Shown here piece after piece: positions 40,021 to 48,884 of a DNA stretch of 64,000 nucleotides; within the stretch, counting starts at the first letter, position 1; each line of letters begins with the position of its first letter. The DNA lies in assembly GCA_964387845.1 (NCBI GenBank), contig CAYLXA010000001.1, positions 345,038 through 409,037 of the forward strand, read 5' to 3'. Position numbers and translations under genes: made by a program. The notes under the pieces were generated by a model. It did not search any database. It had not been told where the DNA came from and was given only the letters and a program-made list of their open reading frames with translations. The stretch is from an uncultured bacterium (lineage in GTDB: Bacteria > Omnitrophota > Omnitrophia > Omnitrophales > Abzuiibacteriaceae).

Positions 40021-42039
40021 ATGATCTACGACGATTTTCAGAAAAAAGCGATTGAAACGATTGATCAAAGACGCTCTTTGATCGTTTCCGCACCCACCGG
40101 CGCCGGCAAAACCGTGATAGCCGAATACGCGATCGAACAAGCGCTCGCTCATAATGAAGGCGCCATCTACACAGCACCGATTAAGGCCCTCAGCAATCAA
40201 AAATACCGCGACTTCAAAGCCAAATATGGTGACAAAATCGGCATTTTAACGGGCGACGTGTCGATCAATCCCGACGCGCCGATCTTGATCATGACCACTG
40301 AGATTTACCGCAACACTTTATTTGAAACTTCACTTTCACCGACTTCAGATCGCGCGCACGGAATAGGCGAAGGCAAGGTGAAGCCCGACCGGCTTCAAAA
40401 TACGAAATGGGTGATTTTTGATGAGGTTCATTATTTAGATGACTGGGAGCGCGGAACGGTTTGGGAAGAAGCCATCATGTTCTCGCCGCCGCATTTGGAG
40501 CTTTTGTGTTTGAGCGCCACCGTTCCCAATATTGATGAAATCACGAGTTGGATCAAAACGGTTTTAAACCGCCCGATTGAAATCATTATCGAAACTCACC
40601 GCCCCGTTCCCTTGATTCATTTGTTCCAATGCCAGGGACAAATTTTAAACAGCCAGAAGAAATTACGCGAGCAAGGCTACATGAACCGCGACGATTGGTC
40701 GCAATTCGGCGGGCGTCACGCATTCAGGCGGCGCCAGCGCGGCCACCACAACCGCAATTTCAATCACCTTCGCGCAATGCCCAACCGGATTGATAAATTG
40801 ATCGCGCATTTGAAATCAGAAAACCGGCTTCCCTGCATTTTCTTCGCGTTTGGCCGAAGGCGCACTGAAGAACTGGCGCACGAAGTGCATGTGGATTTTC
40901 TAAATGAAGAAGAACGCGGAAGAGCAGCAAAACTTTACGACGATCTCTGCATCAAATTTGGAATCGGCGATGAACAATCCGCGATGGACATGCGCGGCCT
41001 CATTGAACGCGGTATCGGATTTCACCACGCCGGCATGCTGCCCACATTAAAGGAAGTGATCGAGCAGCTTTTTACGAGCAAGCTCCTTAAAATGATTTTC
41101 ACAACCGAGACTTTCGCGCTCGGTATCAACATGCCCGCCCGCGCGGTGGTGTTTGATGAGCTCCGCAAATTCTACGGCACACATTTCGCCAATTTACGTA
41201 CGCGCGACTTCTATCAAATGGCGGGCCGCGCAGGCCGTCGAGGCATGGACAAGGAAGGTTTTGTTTATTCACGCGTCAACCCGCATCAAGTCCAGTTTCA
41301 GGAAATCGTCCGGATCATCAACGGAAAACCGGAACCCATCAACAGCCAATTCAACGCCACTTACGCGACGGTTCTCAATTTATACGCCGAACACGGCCGC
41401 GCGCTTCTTGAAATTTATCCGCGAACACTCCATCACTACCAGGCGTCCAAGAAAGGCCGCCAAAAAGCGGCGGAACTTTTGGAGCGGAAAATATTATTGC
41501 TCGGCGAAATGGATTATTTAAATGAAAAGGGATTGACCTTGAAAGGCGACTTCGCCTCCTGCCTTTACGGTTACGAACTTTTGCTCTCTGAAATGCACGA
41601 TCAAGGTTTGTTGGACGCGCAGGACCCGGCAGGGCTCGCAATTGTGCTTTCAGCGCTCGTATTTGAGCCTCGGAAAAATATTCAGCTCGATGATATGCCC
41701 AAAAAATACCGGAATTTAAATCACCATGTTGAAAGTTTCTTGCGCCGAATTCACCGGATTGAAATGAAACACCGTGTCATGCCTCTCACGAAGCAGCCTT
41801 ACTTTCATTTCGCACCGATTGTGGAAAAATGGATCCAGAAGGAAAGTTTTGACGACATTATGCGCGCAAGTCCATTGGATGAAGGTGAAGTGATTCGCTA
41901 CTTCCGGATGGTGATTCAGCTTTTGCGTGAAGTCTGGAACGCGCCGCACGCCTCAGACCGGCTCATCGCCACCGCCAAATCCGCCTTTAATCTCATCAAC
42001 CGCGACATTGTAGACGCTGAGCGGCAGTTAAGGTTATAA
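40021..42039 (+). CDS. Ski2-type DEAD/DEAH-box helicase (HelY-like)
   Basis: Walker A SAPTGAGKT, DEVH box (FDEVHYL), SAT motif, and helicase C motifs FHHAGM, QMAGRAGRRG. Confidence 0.8.
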   Translation: MIYDDFQKKAIETIDQRRSLIVSAPTGAGKTVIAEYAIEQALAHNEGAIYTAPIKALSNQKYRDFKAKYGDKIGILTGDVSINPDAPILIMTTEIYRNTLFETSLSPTSDRAHGIGEGKVKPDRLQNTKWVIFDEVHYLDDWERGTVWEEAIMFSPPHLELLCLSATVPNIDEITSWIKTVLNRPIEIIIETHRPVPLIHLFQCQGQILNSQKKLREQGYMNRDDWSQFGGRHAFRRRQRGHHNRNFNHLRAMPNRIDKLIAHLKSENRLPCIFFAFGRRRTEELAHEVHVDFLNEEERGRAAKLYDDLCIKFGIGDEQSAMDMRGLIERGIGFHHAGMLPTLKEVIEQLFTSKLLKMIFTTETFALGINMPARAVVFDELRKFYGTHFANLRTRDFYQMAGRAGRRGMDKEGFVYSRVNPHQVQFQEIVRIINGKPEPINSQFNATYATVLNLYAEHGRALLEIYPRTLHHYQASKKGRQKAAELLERKILLLGEMDYLNEKGLTLKGDFASCLYGYELLLSEMHDQGLLDAQDPAGLAIVLSALVFEPRKNIQLDDMPKKYRNLNHHVESFLRRIHRIEMKHRVMPLTKQPYFHFAPIVEKWIQKESFDDIMRASPLDEGEVIRYFRMVIQLLREVWNAPHASDRLIATAKSAFNLINRDIVDAERQLRL

Positions 42040-42041
42040 TC

Positions 42042-42078
42042 TTGAAGTCACAAACTGTGACCTCAAGATTATAAATTC
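42042..42078 (+). terminator. near-perfect hairpin immediately after the helicase stop
   Basis: tcttgaagtcacaaactgtgacctcaagatt, a 12-bp stem with one mismatch; weak T-tract. A second palindrome cggttaacacagttaaccg lies at 42097-42117. Confidence 0.45.
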
Positions 42079-42154
42079 TTAGCCCCTCCACGTACTGGAT
42101 ATTGTCCGGTTAACACAGTTAACCGAATGACCTGCTATCTAGTTTATAAATGTA

Positions 42155-43690
42155 TTAGCGACGTCCTTTATTTCGATTTCTTTTTTTGTCTTTCGTAACT
42201 TTTTCGGGTTTTGAGAGCAATTCAAAATATGGCGAAACAAAAAATAACAAAAAACTTGCAATAATTGTAAATATAAGCTCAGAAAATTTGTCCTTCAGAA
42301 GTCTTCCAAATTCATCAAATGTGAACCATCCCAAATGATTGAGTATCATAAAAATTGTAACCGTAGACAATGCACATCTTAAAAGAAAAGTGAGATATGT
42401 ATTTATAGATCTAAGACTTATTAAAGAAATCGTGAATATGCAAAATCCAATTGTAAGGAACAATATGATTAGGCTCTTTTCTGGAGTGCTTCCCCAGGCA
42501 GTGAGGCAAAACGCTATCATCACGATAGATAAAATAAGAGATTGAAGGCCAATTTCAAAATCAAAATAATATTTTTTAGCTAAAAAATAAATGCAATAAA
42601 TAAAAGAAATGGTTGATAAGATTAAGAAATATAAATTATTTGCATCGAGAATGCTAATATGCGGCTGAGCTGACCAAATTTTCAAAGAAAATTTAATAGT
42701 TAACAATAATGATAAGCTAAAAATTGAGCCAAGAAATGCATAATAGTGCAACTGCTCTAATTTTCTACTTTTGGTTCGTAAAAAGAAATTTTTATACCCC
42801 GTTAAATTACCCCATAAACATGCCAAAAGAAACGGAAGAAAAAAATCGGAATAGAATTTCTTTGATGGAACCAAGAAATCTTTGAATATTGGAATTGAAT
42901 AAACATGAATAAGCAAGAGTGTTAAAAGTGGAAAATTGCTCAACTCATAAATTTTATTTTTCAACTCTGTGTCTTTCACCAAAATATAGAGAATTCCTAA
43001 AATAAACCAATTGATGGTTAATATGCTTGAAAGCATTAGTATAATCATGTCTCCGTACAGTCCAAATCCTCCACAAGCAGAAAAAGCATAAAGAATGGGT
43101 AACAAATAATTGAATATCTTTGTTCCGCTTTCATAGATACTTAATGTGGTTATTTTAAGTCTGATCGTTTTACCTGCATAAAAATTGTCAATCAATTGAT
43201 AAAATCTGCGGAGCAAATATGACGGCAGAAGTAATGGCAATATATAGATAATGCCTTTCACAAATTCCTTATAAATATGCGTTGCAGGCATTTTATCGAT
43301 TTCGGGAAAGTATATTTCATTTGTTAAAACTGTCCAAATCAGAATCCCTACATATACAAACATTTGCGCGAAAGTTTCTATGGATTCGTAGAAATTATTT
43401 CGAAGAAACTGTTCTGAAACCAATTTATATTTTTTTAAGAACACATTCAGTAAACTGCCAACGAGAAAACACAAAGATCGATCAAGAGGAGGGATTACAA
43501 AAAGGAAAACAAAAGAAAGTGTTGCCCACCATTTAATATCTAAACCTATAAAATATACATCTCTAAAGTTATATCTAAAAAAGATAAAAATCTTATTGAA
43601 ATCCAGATATTTTGACGCAAATACATAAAAAACTATAATGGTCAGAACTATTAAATATTTTCTAATCTTGAAGATAACGTTTAGTATCAT
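42155..43690 (-). CDS. large polytopic membrane protein in a low-GC islet (Wzy/O-antigen-polymerase-like topology)
   Basis: 511 aa with at least 12 hydrophobic helices and essentially no soluble domain. Gene GC roughly 28% versus ~50% for the window. Confidence 0.55.
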   Translation of the reverse strand: MILNVIFKIRKYLIVLTIIVFYVFASKYLDFNKIFIFFRYNFRDVYFIGLDIKWWATLSFVFLFVIPPLDRSLCFLVGSLLNVFLKKYKLVSEQFLRNNFYESIETFAQMFVYVGILIWTVLTNEIYFPEIDKMPATHIYKEFVKGIIYILPLLLPSYLLRRFYQLIDNFYAGKTIRLKITTLSIYESGTKIFNYLLPILYAFSACGGFGLYGDMIILMLSSILTINWFILGILYILVKDTELKNKIYELSNFPLLTLLLIHVYSIPIFKDFLVPSKKFYSDFFLPFLLACLWGNLTGYKNFFLRTKSRKLEQLHYYAFLGSIFSLSLLLTIKFSLKIWSAQPHISILDANNLYFLILSTISFIYCIYFLAKKYYFDFEIGLQSLILSIVMIAFCLTAWGSTPEKSLIILFLTIGFCIFTISLISLRSINTYLTFLLRCALSTVTIFMILNHLGWFTFDEFGRLLKDKFSELIFTIIASFLLFFVSPYFELLSKPEKVTKDKKRNRNKGRR

Positions 43691-43706
43691 AAAAGTTTAT
43701 AATCAT

Positions 43707-44750
43707 CTAGCTCTTGTCAGTTTCATTAGATTTAGCGCGCGCGATCATTCGCTTGACCTCGGAATTCTGGTTAATTGACATTAATTTTATATCCGGATGA
43801 TCTTGAGCGAATACTCTGAAAATTTCATCCGCAAAAGCTTGGCCGATGGTTGGGACATCGGCAAAATCAAAAATCACGGTCTGAAATAACTCTACCCGCG
43901 CAAGCACTCTTTTGGCCTGAGACCTTGAAATCAGTTTGTCATTCCCATATTGAGCAAGTCTTACAGGAACCACTGTCTTCGTAAAACCATAGTCATCTCC
44001 GGAAGAAAATTTATCGAATACTTTTTTGAGAGTCCGCGAACTATGATTGCTTATTTTCATCCACACAGATGTTCCGCTTCTAAATTCTTTCTCCAAAATC
44101 CAATCTTCGGGACTGCCGAATGTGTGATTAAAATAAACTCCGCCGGATAGAATATCGAAAGAATCAAACATCCTGGATGTAAAGAAAATCCCTTCTCCCG
44201 TATGCCGTTTCGGATCTGTGGTCAGTTTGCCTTTGGAAAGTTCAAGAATTGCATGCCGTTCATCCAGCAATCCTAATTCTGTTTGGATTTTCTTAAAAAT
44301 TCCGATTCCATTATCCAACAAAGCCATTTCTGTAAATGAAGCTGTCTTTTTAATATGAGCAATGACTTCCGAGCCGCCGGAATGGTCAATCACGTTGTTG
44401 AACATTTCGGTAAACCCGTAATGCCAAATATCACGTATATTTTCCGGAATTTCGCTGAATACAGTCGAAAAATCCTTTGTCCATACAATGTCTTCCGTCA
44501 ATTCTTTTGAGACCAAATATTTTTTACGCCATTCCACAATGGGAGCCAATTTGTAAGAACTGTTCCTGGTCTGCCCAATCTGTATCAAGACATGCTCTTG
44601 TAGAAGTTTGTGGAAATGCTTATGAACCGCCTGACGCGTAATCTTAAAATGCTCTGCTGTTCGTTTGGCTATGTCAGACGGATATTTCTCAACGTTTTCT
44701 AGAATAAACCGCCTAACATCTTCTCCTCGAGCCCGAATTCTCATTTGCAA
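43707..44750 (-). CDS. HTH + GHKL-ATPase (anti-sigma/serine-kinase-like) + STAS-like (DUF4325-type) regulatory protein
   Basis: N-terminal winged-HTH-like region (ITRQAVHKHFHKLL). HATPase_c N-box EMFNNVIDHS, G1 box LDNGIGI, G2 box GEGIF. C-terminal VIFDFADVPTIGQAFADEIFRVF resembles the STAS-like DUF4325 domain. Confidence 0.65.
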   Translation of the reverse strand: MQMRIRARGEDVRRFILENVEKYPSDIAKRTAEHFKITRQAVHKHFHKLLQEHVLIQIGQTRNSSYKLAPIVEWRKKYLVSKELTEDIVWTKDFSTVFSEIPENIRDIWHYGFTEMFNNVIDHSGGSEVIAHIKKTASFTEMALLDNGIGIFKKIQTELGLLDERHAILELSKGKLTTDPKRHTGEGIFFTSRMFDSFDILSGGVYFNHTFGSPEDWILEKEFRSGTSVWMKISNHSSRTLKKVFDKFSSGDDYGFTKTVVPVRLAQYGNDKLISRSQAKRVLARVELFQTVIFDFADVPTIGQAFADEIFRVFAQDHPDIKLMSINQNSEVKRMIARAKSNETDKS

Positions 44751-44765
44751 CCTTTCCTATAATCT

Positions 44766-44817
44766 TTGTCAACCTTTGGCAGTCATATTGTCAACCATAA
44801 TACATAGATTGTCAACC
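44766..44817 (-). promoter_or_regulatory. three direct repeats of GGTTGACAA (minus-strand reading) at 21-22 bp spacing upstream of the HTH-GHKL-STAS gene
   Basis: ttgtcaacc at 44766-44774, 44788-44796, 44809-44817. Helical-turn phasing. Each contains a TTGACA -35 hexamer on the gene's strand. Confidence 0.45.
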
Positions 44818-44853
44818 AGGTATTAAAATTATATGGTAAAAATAGATAAGATT

Positions 44854-45498
44854 TTAGGCTATTAAAGAAGCGAGGAGACTGATTTTATCTATCAGAAAAT
44901 CAGGTTTTGAGGATCTAATTTCTTCTAATTTTCCGAAGCCGTAGGTGACGGCGCAAATCGGGATTTTGGCGTTTCGGGCGGTTTCGATGTCGATAGAGCT
45001 GTCGCCGATCAAGACCGCACGCTCGGCCGGAATTTTTAAATCAGCCAGAACTTTAAAGACGCCTTCCGGAGAAGGTTTTTTGGTCCGGACCGTATCGCCG
45101 CCGATTAAGATTGAGAAATATTTCTCAATACCCAAGCCTTTTAAGATCGTCCGCGAAAATCCTTCGGGCTTGTTCGTAATCACGGCCTGTTTTTTATTTT
45201 TGAAATGTTCGAGTGTATCCAAAATGCCCGGATAAAGCTTGGTGTGATCGAGCAGGTGTTCTGAGTAACGTTTCTTGAGGATTTTGAGCGCTTGATCGAA
45301 CTTATCTTCGTGTTCCTTCCCCAACAAGCCCAGTACCAAATTCTGGACGCCCTTGCCCACGCATTCGGCAATTTCAGCGCGCGATTTTTCCTTCAGGCCG
45401 AGCGTCTTGAGCATGAAGTTGCCGCCATTCGCGATGTCTTCTGAAGAATCGATGAGCGTTCCGTCCAAATCCCAAATAATTAAATCAACGGATTTCAT
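44854..45498 (-). CDS. HAD-superfamily phosphatase (phosphoglycolate phosphatase-like)
   Basis: Motif I DLDGTL, GKGV, and a KPSPEG...GDSxID motif III/IV arrangement. Confidence 0.8.
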   Translation of the reverse strand: MKSVDLIIWDLDGTLIDSSEDIANGGNFMLKTLGLKEKSRAEIAECVGKGVQNLVLGLLGKEHEDKFDQALKILKKRYSEHLLDHTKLYPGILDTLEHFKNKKQAVITNKPEGFSRTILKGLGIEKYFSILIGGDTVRTKKPSPEGVFKVLADLKIPAERAVLIGDSSIDIETARNAKIPICAVTYGFGKLEEIRSSKPDFLIDKISLLASLIA

Positions 45499-45758
45499 TT
45501 GCCGGGCTTCACGCGGTAATAAAAAACGAGGAATGTATTCACGGAGAAAAAAAGAATGTTGGAAATTCCAAACAGTTTGAACCCAAAATCAGGTGATGTG
45601 AGTGCTTTGGGCGTCATCAAAACGGTACAGAGCCATACGCCGCCGATCCAAATGAGATTCACATCATCGGAACGTTTGCGCTGGATTAAATGCCAAATCA
45701 TCGGAATATTGAAAAACGGCATTAAAAACGCCGCCCACGTGCCGATTGTGTCAAACAT
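45495..45758 (-). CDS. small 3-TM membrane protein, hypothetical
   Basis: 87 aa, three hydrophobic segments. Translationally coupled to the HAD gene (4-nt overlap). Confidence 0.4.
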   Translation of the reverse strand: MFDTIGTWAAFLMPFFNIPMIWHLIQRKRSDDVNLIWIGGVWLCTVLMTPKALTSPDFGFKLFGISNILFFSVNTFLVFYYRVKPGK

Positions 45759-46305
45759 GCTTGAGTAACTCCTTTAATTTTTCCATCGGAAGCCCGACGA
45801 CATTGGTGTAAGAACCTTTGATGTCCTTGATTAATTTGTCACCGTGCTCCTGAATTGCGTAAGCGCCGGCTTTATCCAACGGATTTACTTTCGATAAATA
45901 GTGTTTTACTGCATCATCCGGAATCTTTTTCATAACAACCGTGCTTTTGACGCACGCTTTTTTCCATTTCCGGGTCTTCAAATTAAAAAGTGCCAGTCCC
46001 GTATACACAAAATGGCGCGTACCGACGAGACTTCTGAGCATCCTGAATGCCGCTTCCTTATTTTTCGGCTTTCCGAGCAATTTTCCTTTGTGATAAACCA
46101 GCGTGTCTGCACCCAAAACAATGCCTGATTTTGAATGAATTTTCGCATGCCTTGCCTTTCCAATCGCGTTCATCACAACTGTTTTCCGCACGCCGCCCGG
46201 AAAAGTCCGTTCTTTGAATTTTGAGGGAACGATTTTGAAAGGAATTTTTGCCTGTTTTAACAATTCCCGGCGTCGTTCGGATTTGGATGCGAGATGTATT
46301 TTCAT
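45751..46305 (-). CDS. maf: Maf-like nucleoside triphosphate pyrophosphatase
   Basis: Start refined to MKIHLASKSERRRELL. VLGADTLV...GKP, FVYTGLALF and DKAGAYAIQE are Maf family motifs. Confidence 0.85.
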   Translation of the reverse strand: MKIHLASKSERRRELLKQAKIPFKIVPSKFKERTFPGGVRKTVVMNAIGKARHAKIHSKSGIVLGADTLVYHKGKLLGKPKNKEAAFRMLRSLVGTRHFVYTGLALFNLKTRKWKKACVKSTVVMKKIPDDAVKHYLSKVNPLDKAGAYAIQEHGDKLIKDIKGSYTNVVGLPMEKLKELLKHV

Positions 46306-46435
46306 AAATTCAAATCTCAAATTTCAAATATCAAAACAAATTCCAAGTTCAAATGTTCAAATTAAACCGTTTGGGATTTAGAATTTTAATATTCGAATTT
46401 GTTTTGAATTTTGATATTTGAATTTTGAATTTTAG
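46306..46435. repeat. hairpin repeat family 2, copy 2
   Basis: aaattcaaatctcaaatttcaaatatcaaaac...gaatttgttttgaattttgatatttgaattttgaattttagg. Its first 22 nt are identical to 29072-29093. Confidence 0.75.
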
Positions 46436-47148
46436 GTTGTTAATTTTCTTAACCGGTTTTCCATTTTCCGGAGCGGAATGATGTCGCCTTTTTTATCCGC
46501 CACCGGAACACCGGCTTTGTAGATTTGAATCGCTTCTTGGGTTTTCCCCAGCGCCTCGAGCGCTTCGCCGTATCCGGAGTAAGACGGCGAATGTTCGGGG
46601 CCGACCTCCACCGCTTTTTTAAATGTATCAGCCGCTTCTTGGTAGCGTTTGGCCTGCATGAAAGCTGTCCCAAGCGTGAAATAACCCAAGACGTCTTTCG
46701 GATCAAACTCGATGACTTTTTTATATTGTTCGATTTTTCTCAAAATGGCTTCAGCTTGCGTCTTTTCATCCTCAAGACTGAGCTTTTGGATATCCGAATC
46801 CGACATTTTCTTGGCCTTGAGCTCGGCTTTCCACGATAAGCGGCGGGCTTCGGCTTGCTCGACTTCCGCTTCCTGAATCATTTTTTTGAGCATGTAAAAC
46901 ATGGAAAGATTCGAATGTGCCATGATGTGATCGGGATTGATTTTCACGAGGCGCTTCATGAGGCCGATGGCATCATCCAGCCGGTCTAACTTTCCGTAAA
47001 TCACGCCCAACGCTTCTAAAGCGTCTTGATCGTTTGGATTTTTGGCAAGAACTTCTTCGAGGACTTTTGCGGATTCATCGAACTTATTTTCTTTAAATAA
47101 GTGAAGGGCTTTGTGAAATTTAGAAAGCCCTTCAGGCAGATCGGTCAT
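46432..47148 (-). CDS. TPR-repeat protein
   Basis: Several 34-aa TPR-like units (ALEALGVIYGKLDRLDDAIGLMKRLVKINPDH, YFTLGTAFMQAKRYQEAADTFKKAVEVGPEH...). Confidence 0.7.
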   Translation of the reverse strand: MTDLPEGLSKFHKALHLFKENKFDESAKVLEEVLAKNPNDQDALEALGVIYGKLDRLDDAIGLMKRLVKINPDHIMAHSNLSMFYMLKKMIQEAEVEQAEARRLSWKAELKAKKMSDSDIQKLSLEDEKTQAEAILRKIEQYKKVIEFDPKDVLGYFTLGTAFMQAKRYQEAADTFKKAVEVGPEHSPSYSGYGEALEALGKTQEAIQIYKAGVPVADKKGDIIPLRKMENRLRKLTT

Positions 47149-47241
47149 GGCTTACCTTGAACGTTCCATGTGTTTATTCATGAGAGACATGACCGCCCTG
47201 ATTTTCATCACAGACATACAAAAATCAGGGCTACATAAACC

Positions 47242-47553
47242 TTACATCGATTCTTCGTCTAAATGAAGAATCTTTTTGCCTTCGGCGCTGATCATGGACG
47301 GGTTCCACTGCGGTTCCCAAACCACATCAACCATCACATCCGTCACGCCCTGGATCGTCATCAAGCGGCCCTTGATCATGGCCGGAATTTGCTGGGCGGA
47401 AGGACATCCTTGCGTGGTCAGCGTCATTTTCACTTTGATCACAGTGTCTTGAATATCAATGTTGTAAATCAGGCCCAGGTCATAAACGTTTACGGGAATT
47501 TCCGGATCGTAAACTTGCTGAATGGCGTTTACAACGGTATCGCGTTCAATCAT
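47242..47553 (-). CDS. DUF59 / SufT-like Fe-S cluster assembly protein
   Basis: VYDPEIPVNVYDLGLIY...TLTTQGCP, the MIP18/DUF59 pattern. Confidence 0.75.
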   Translation of the reverse strand: MIERDTVVNAIQQVYDPEIPVNVYDLGLIYNIDIQDTVIKVKMTLTTQGCPSAQQIPAMIKGRLMTIQGVTDVMVDVVWEPQWNPSMISAEGKKILHLDEESM

Positions 47554-47555
47554 AT

Positions 47556-48194
47556 TTACTCCTCCGCCACCGTCACTTTGGTCATGGCAATTTTGGTGAG
47601 CGGCTTATCCTGCGCGTCGCGTTTGGCGTTCACAATCTGATTCACAACGTCCATGCCGTTCGTCACCTGCCCAAAAACCGAATGATGATCATCGAGCCAC
47701 GGTGTCGGCACCACCGTGATGAAAAACTGGCTGCCGTTGGTGTCGGGGCCGGAATTCGCCATCGACAAAACGCCCGGCTTGTCGTGGCGGAGCTTCTTTG
47801 AGAATTCATCTTCAAATTGATAACCCGGCCCGCCGCGCCCTGTGCCGGTGGGATCGCCTGTCTGAACCATGAAATTGGGAATCACGCGATGAAAAATAAT
47901 GCCGTCATAAAATCCTTTTTTGGTAAGTTCCACAAAATTATCGACTGTGGTGGGCACTTCTTTGTGAAAAAGATCCGCTTCAATAACACCCAGGGTAGTT
48001 TCGATTTTAACTTTCACAACATCTCCTTTTTGTTCTTTCGCCGCTTCTTCAGCAGCCTGTTTTTGTAATTGGCTTACTTCGTTTAATTTGATAATGGTGT
48101 CCGCAAGCGATGTCTGCGGCGGTTCGGATTGCGGAGCTGTGTGCGTACACCCGGCAATTAAAACGCTCAATAGTAAGAGGGTCAACTGTTTCAT
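47556..48194 (-). CDS. cyclophilin-type peptidyl-prolyl cis-trans isomerase, lipoprotein
   Basis: Lipobox [20 protein letters not shown]...[11 protein letters not shown]...[17 protein letters not shown]. Confidence 0.9.
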   Translation of the reverse strand: MKQLTLLLLSVLIAGCTHTAPQSEPPQTSLADTIIKLNEVSQLQKQAAEEAAKEQKGDVVKVKIETTLGVIEADLFHKEVPTTVDNFVELTKKGFYDGIIFHRVIPNFMVQTGDPTGTGRGGPGYQFEDEFSKKLRHDKPGVLSMANSGPDTNGSQFFITVVPTPWLDDHHSVFGQVTNGMDVVNQIVNAKRDAQDKPLTKIAMTKVTVAEE

Positions 48195-48275
48195 AGTCCG
48201 GCTATTATATAGAAATGCCGGTTGAAAATCAAAACCAGCTTTGTATAATACGGACTTTACAAATTAAGGAGATTT

Positions 48276-48884
48276 ATGGCAACCCTCGTATTGGTTAGGC
48301 ACGGCGAAAGCCAATGGAACTTGGAAAACAAATTTACCGGCTGGGTCGATGTGGAACTCACCGACAAAGGCCGCGAAGAAGCAAAGAAAGCCGGCGAAAA
48401 ACTAAAAGGTTTCAAATTTGATAAGGCTTACACATCAACTTTGAAACGCGCGCAAAATACACTTGCCGCAATTTTAAAAGTCACAGGCCAGGAAAATATT
48501 CCCATCGAAAAAGACAAAGCGCTTAACGAAAGAATGTACGGCGATTTGCAGGGTTTGAACAAAGCCGAAACCGCAAAGAAATACGGCGACGAGCAAGTTC
48601 ATATTTGGCGCCGAAGTTACGACATCGCGCCGCCAAACGGCGAAAGCTTGAAAGATACGGCTGCGCGCACGCTTCCTTATTTTCAGCAAAAAATCATGGC
48701 TGATGTGAAAGCCGGCAAAAACATCATCGTCGCCGCGCACGGCAACAGTTTGCGCTCAATCGTCATGGATTTGGACAAACTCACGAAGGAACAGGTTCTG
48801 GAACTTAATCTCGGAACCGGCATTCCGATCGTTTATGAGTTTGACAAAAGTTTGAAAATTCTCTCCAAAAAAGAACTTTCTTAA
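48276..48884 (+). CDS. gpmA: 2,3-bisphosphoglycerate-dependent phosphoglycerate mutase (short form)
   Basis: LVRHGESQWNLENKFTGW, a histidine phosphatase core with RHG and a catalytic His later. Confidence 0.9.
   Translation: MATLVLVRHGESQWNLENKFTGWVDVELTDKGREEAKKAGEKLKGFKFDKAYTSTLKRAQNTLAAILKVTGQENIPIEKDKALNERMYGDLQGLNKAETAKKYGDEQVHIWRRSYDIAPPNGESLKDTAARTLPYFQQKIMADVKAGKNIIVAAHGNSLRSIVMDLDKLTKEQVLELNLGTGIPIVYEFDKSLKILSKKELS

Noticed and set aside
42155-43690. Calling the 511-aa membrane protein an O-antigen polymerase (Wzy) outright
   Set aside because: Only the topology and composition fit. Wzy proteins lack conserved motifs, and no glycosyltransferase, flippase or Wzz genes flank it. It is kept as a hypothesis only.
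47160-47220. Hairpin ccctgattttcatcacagacatacaaaaatcaggg between the sufT-like and TPR genes as a terminator
   Set aside because: It has a 10-bp stem but no U-tract on either strand. It may be a processing or RNase E site instead; evidence is insufficient.
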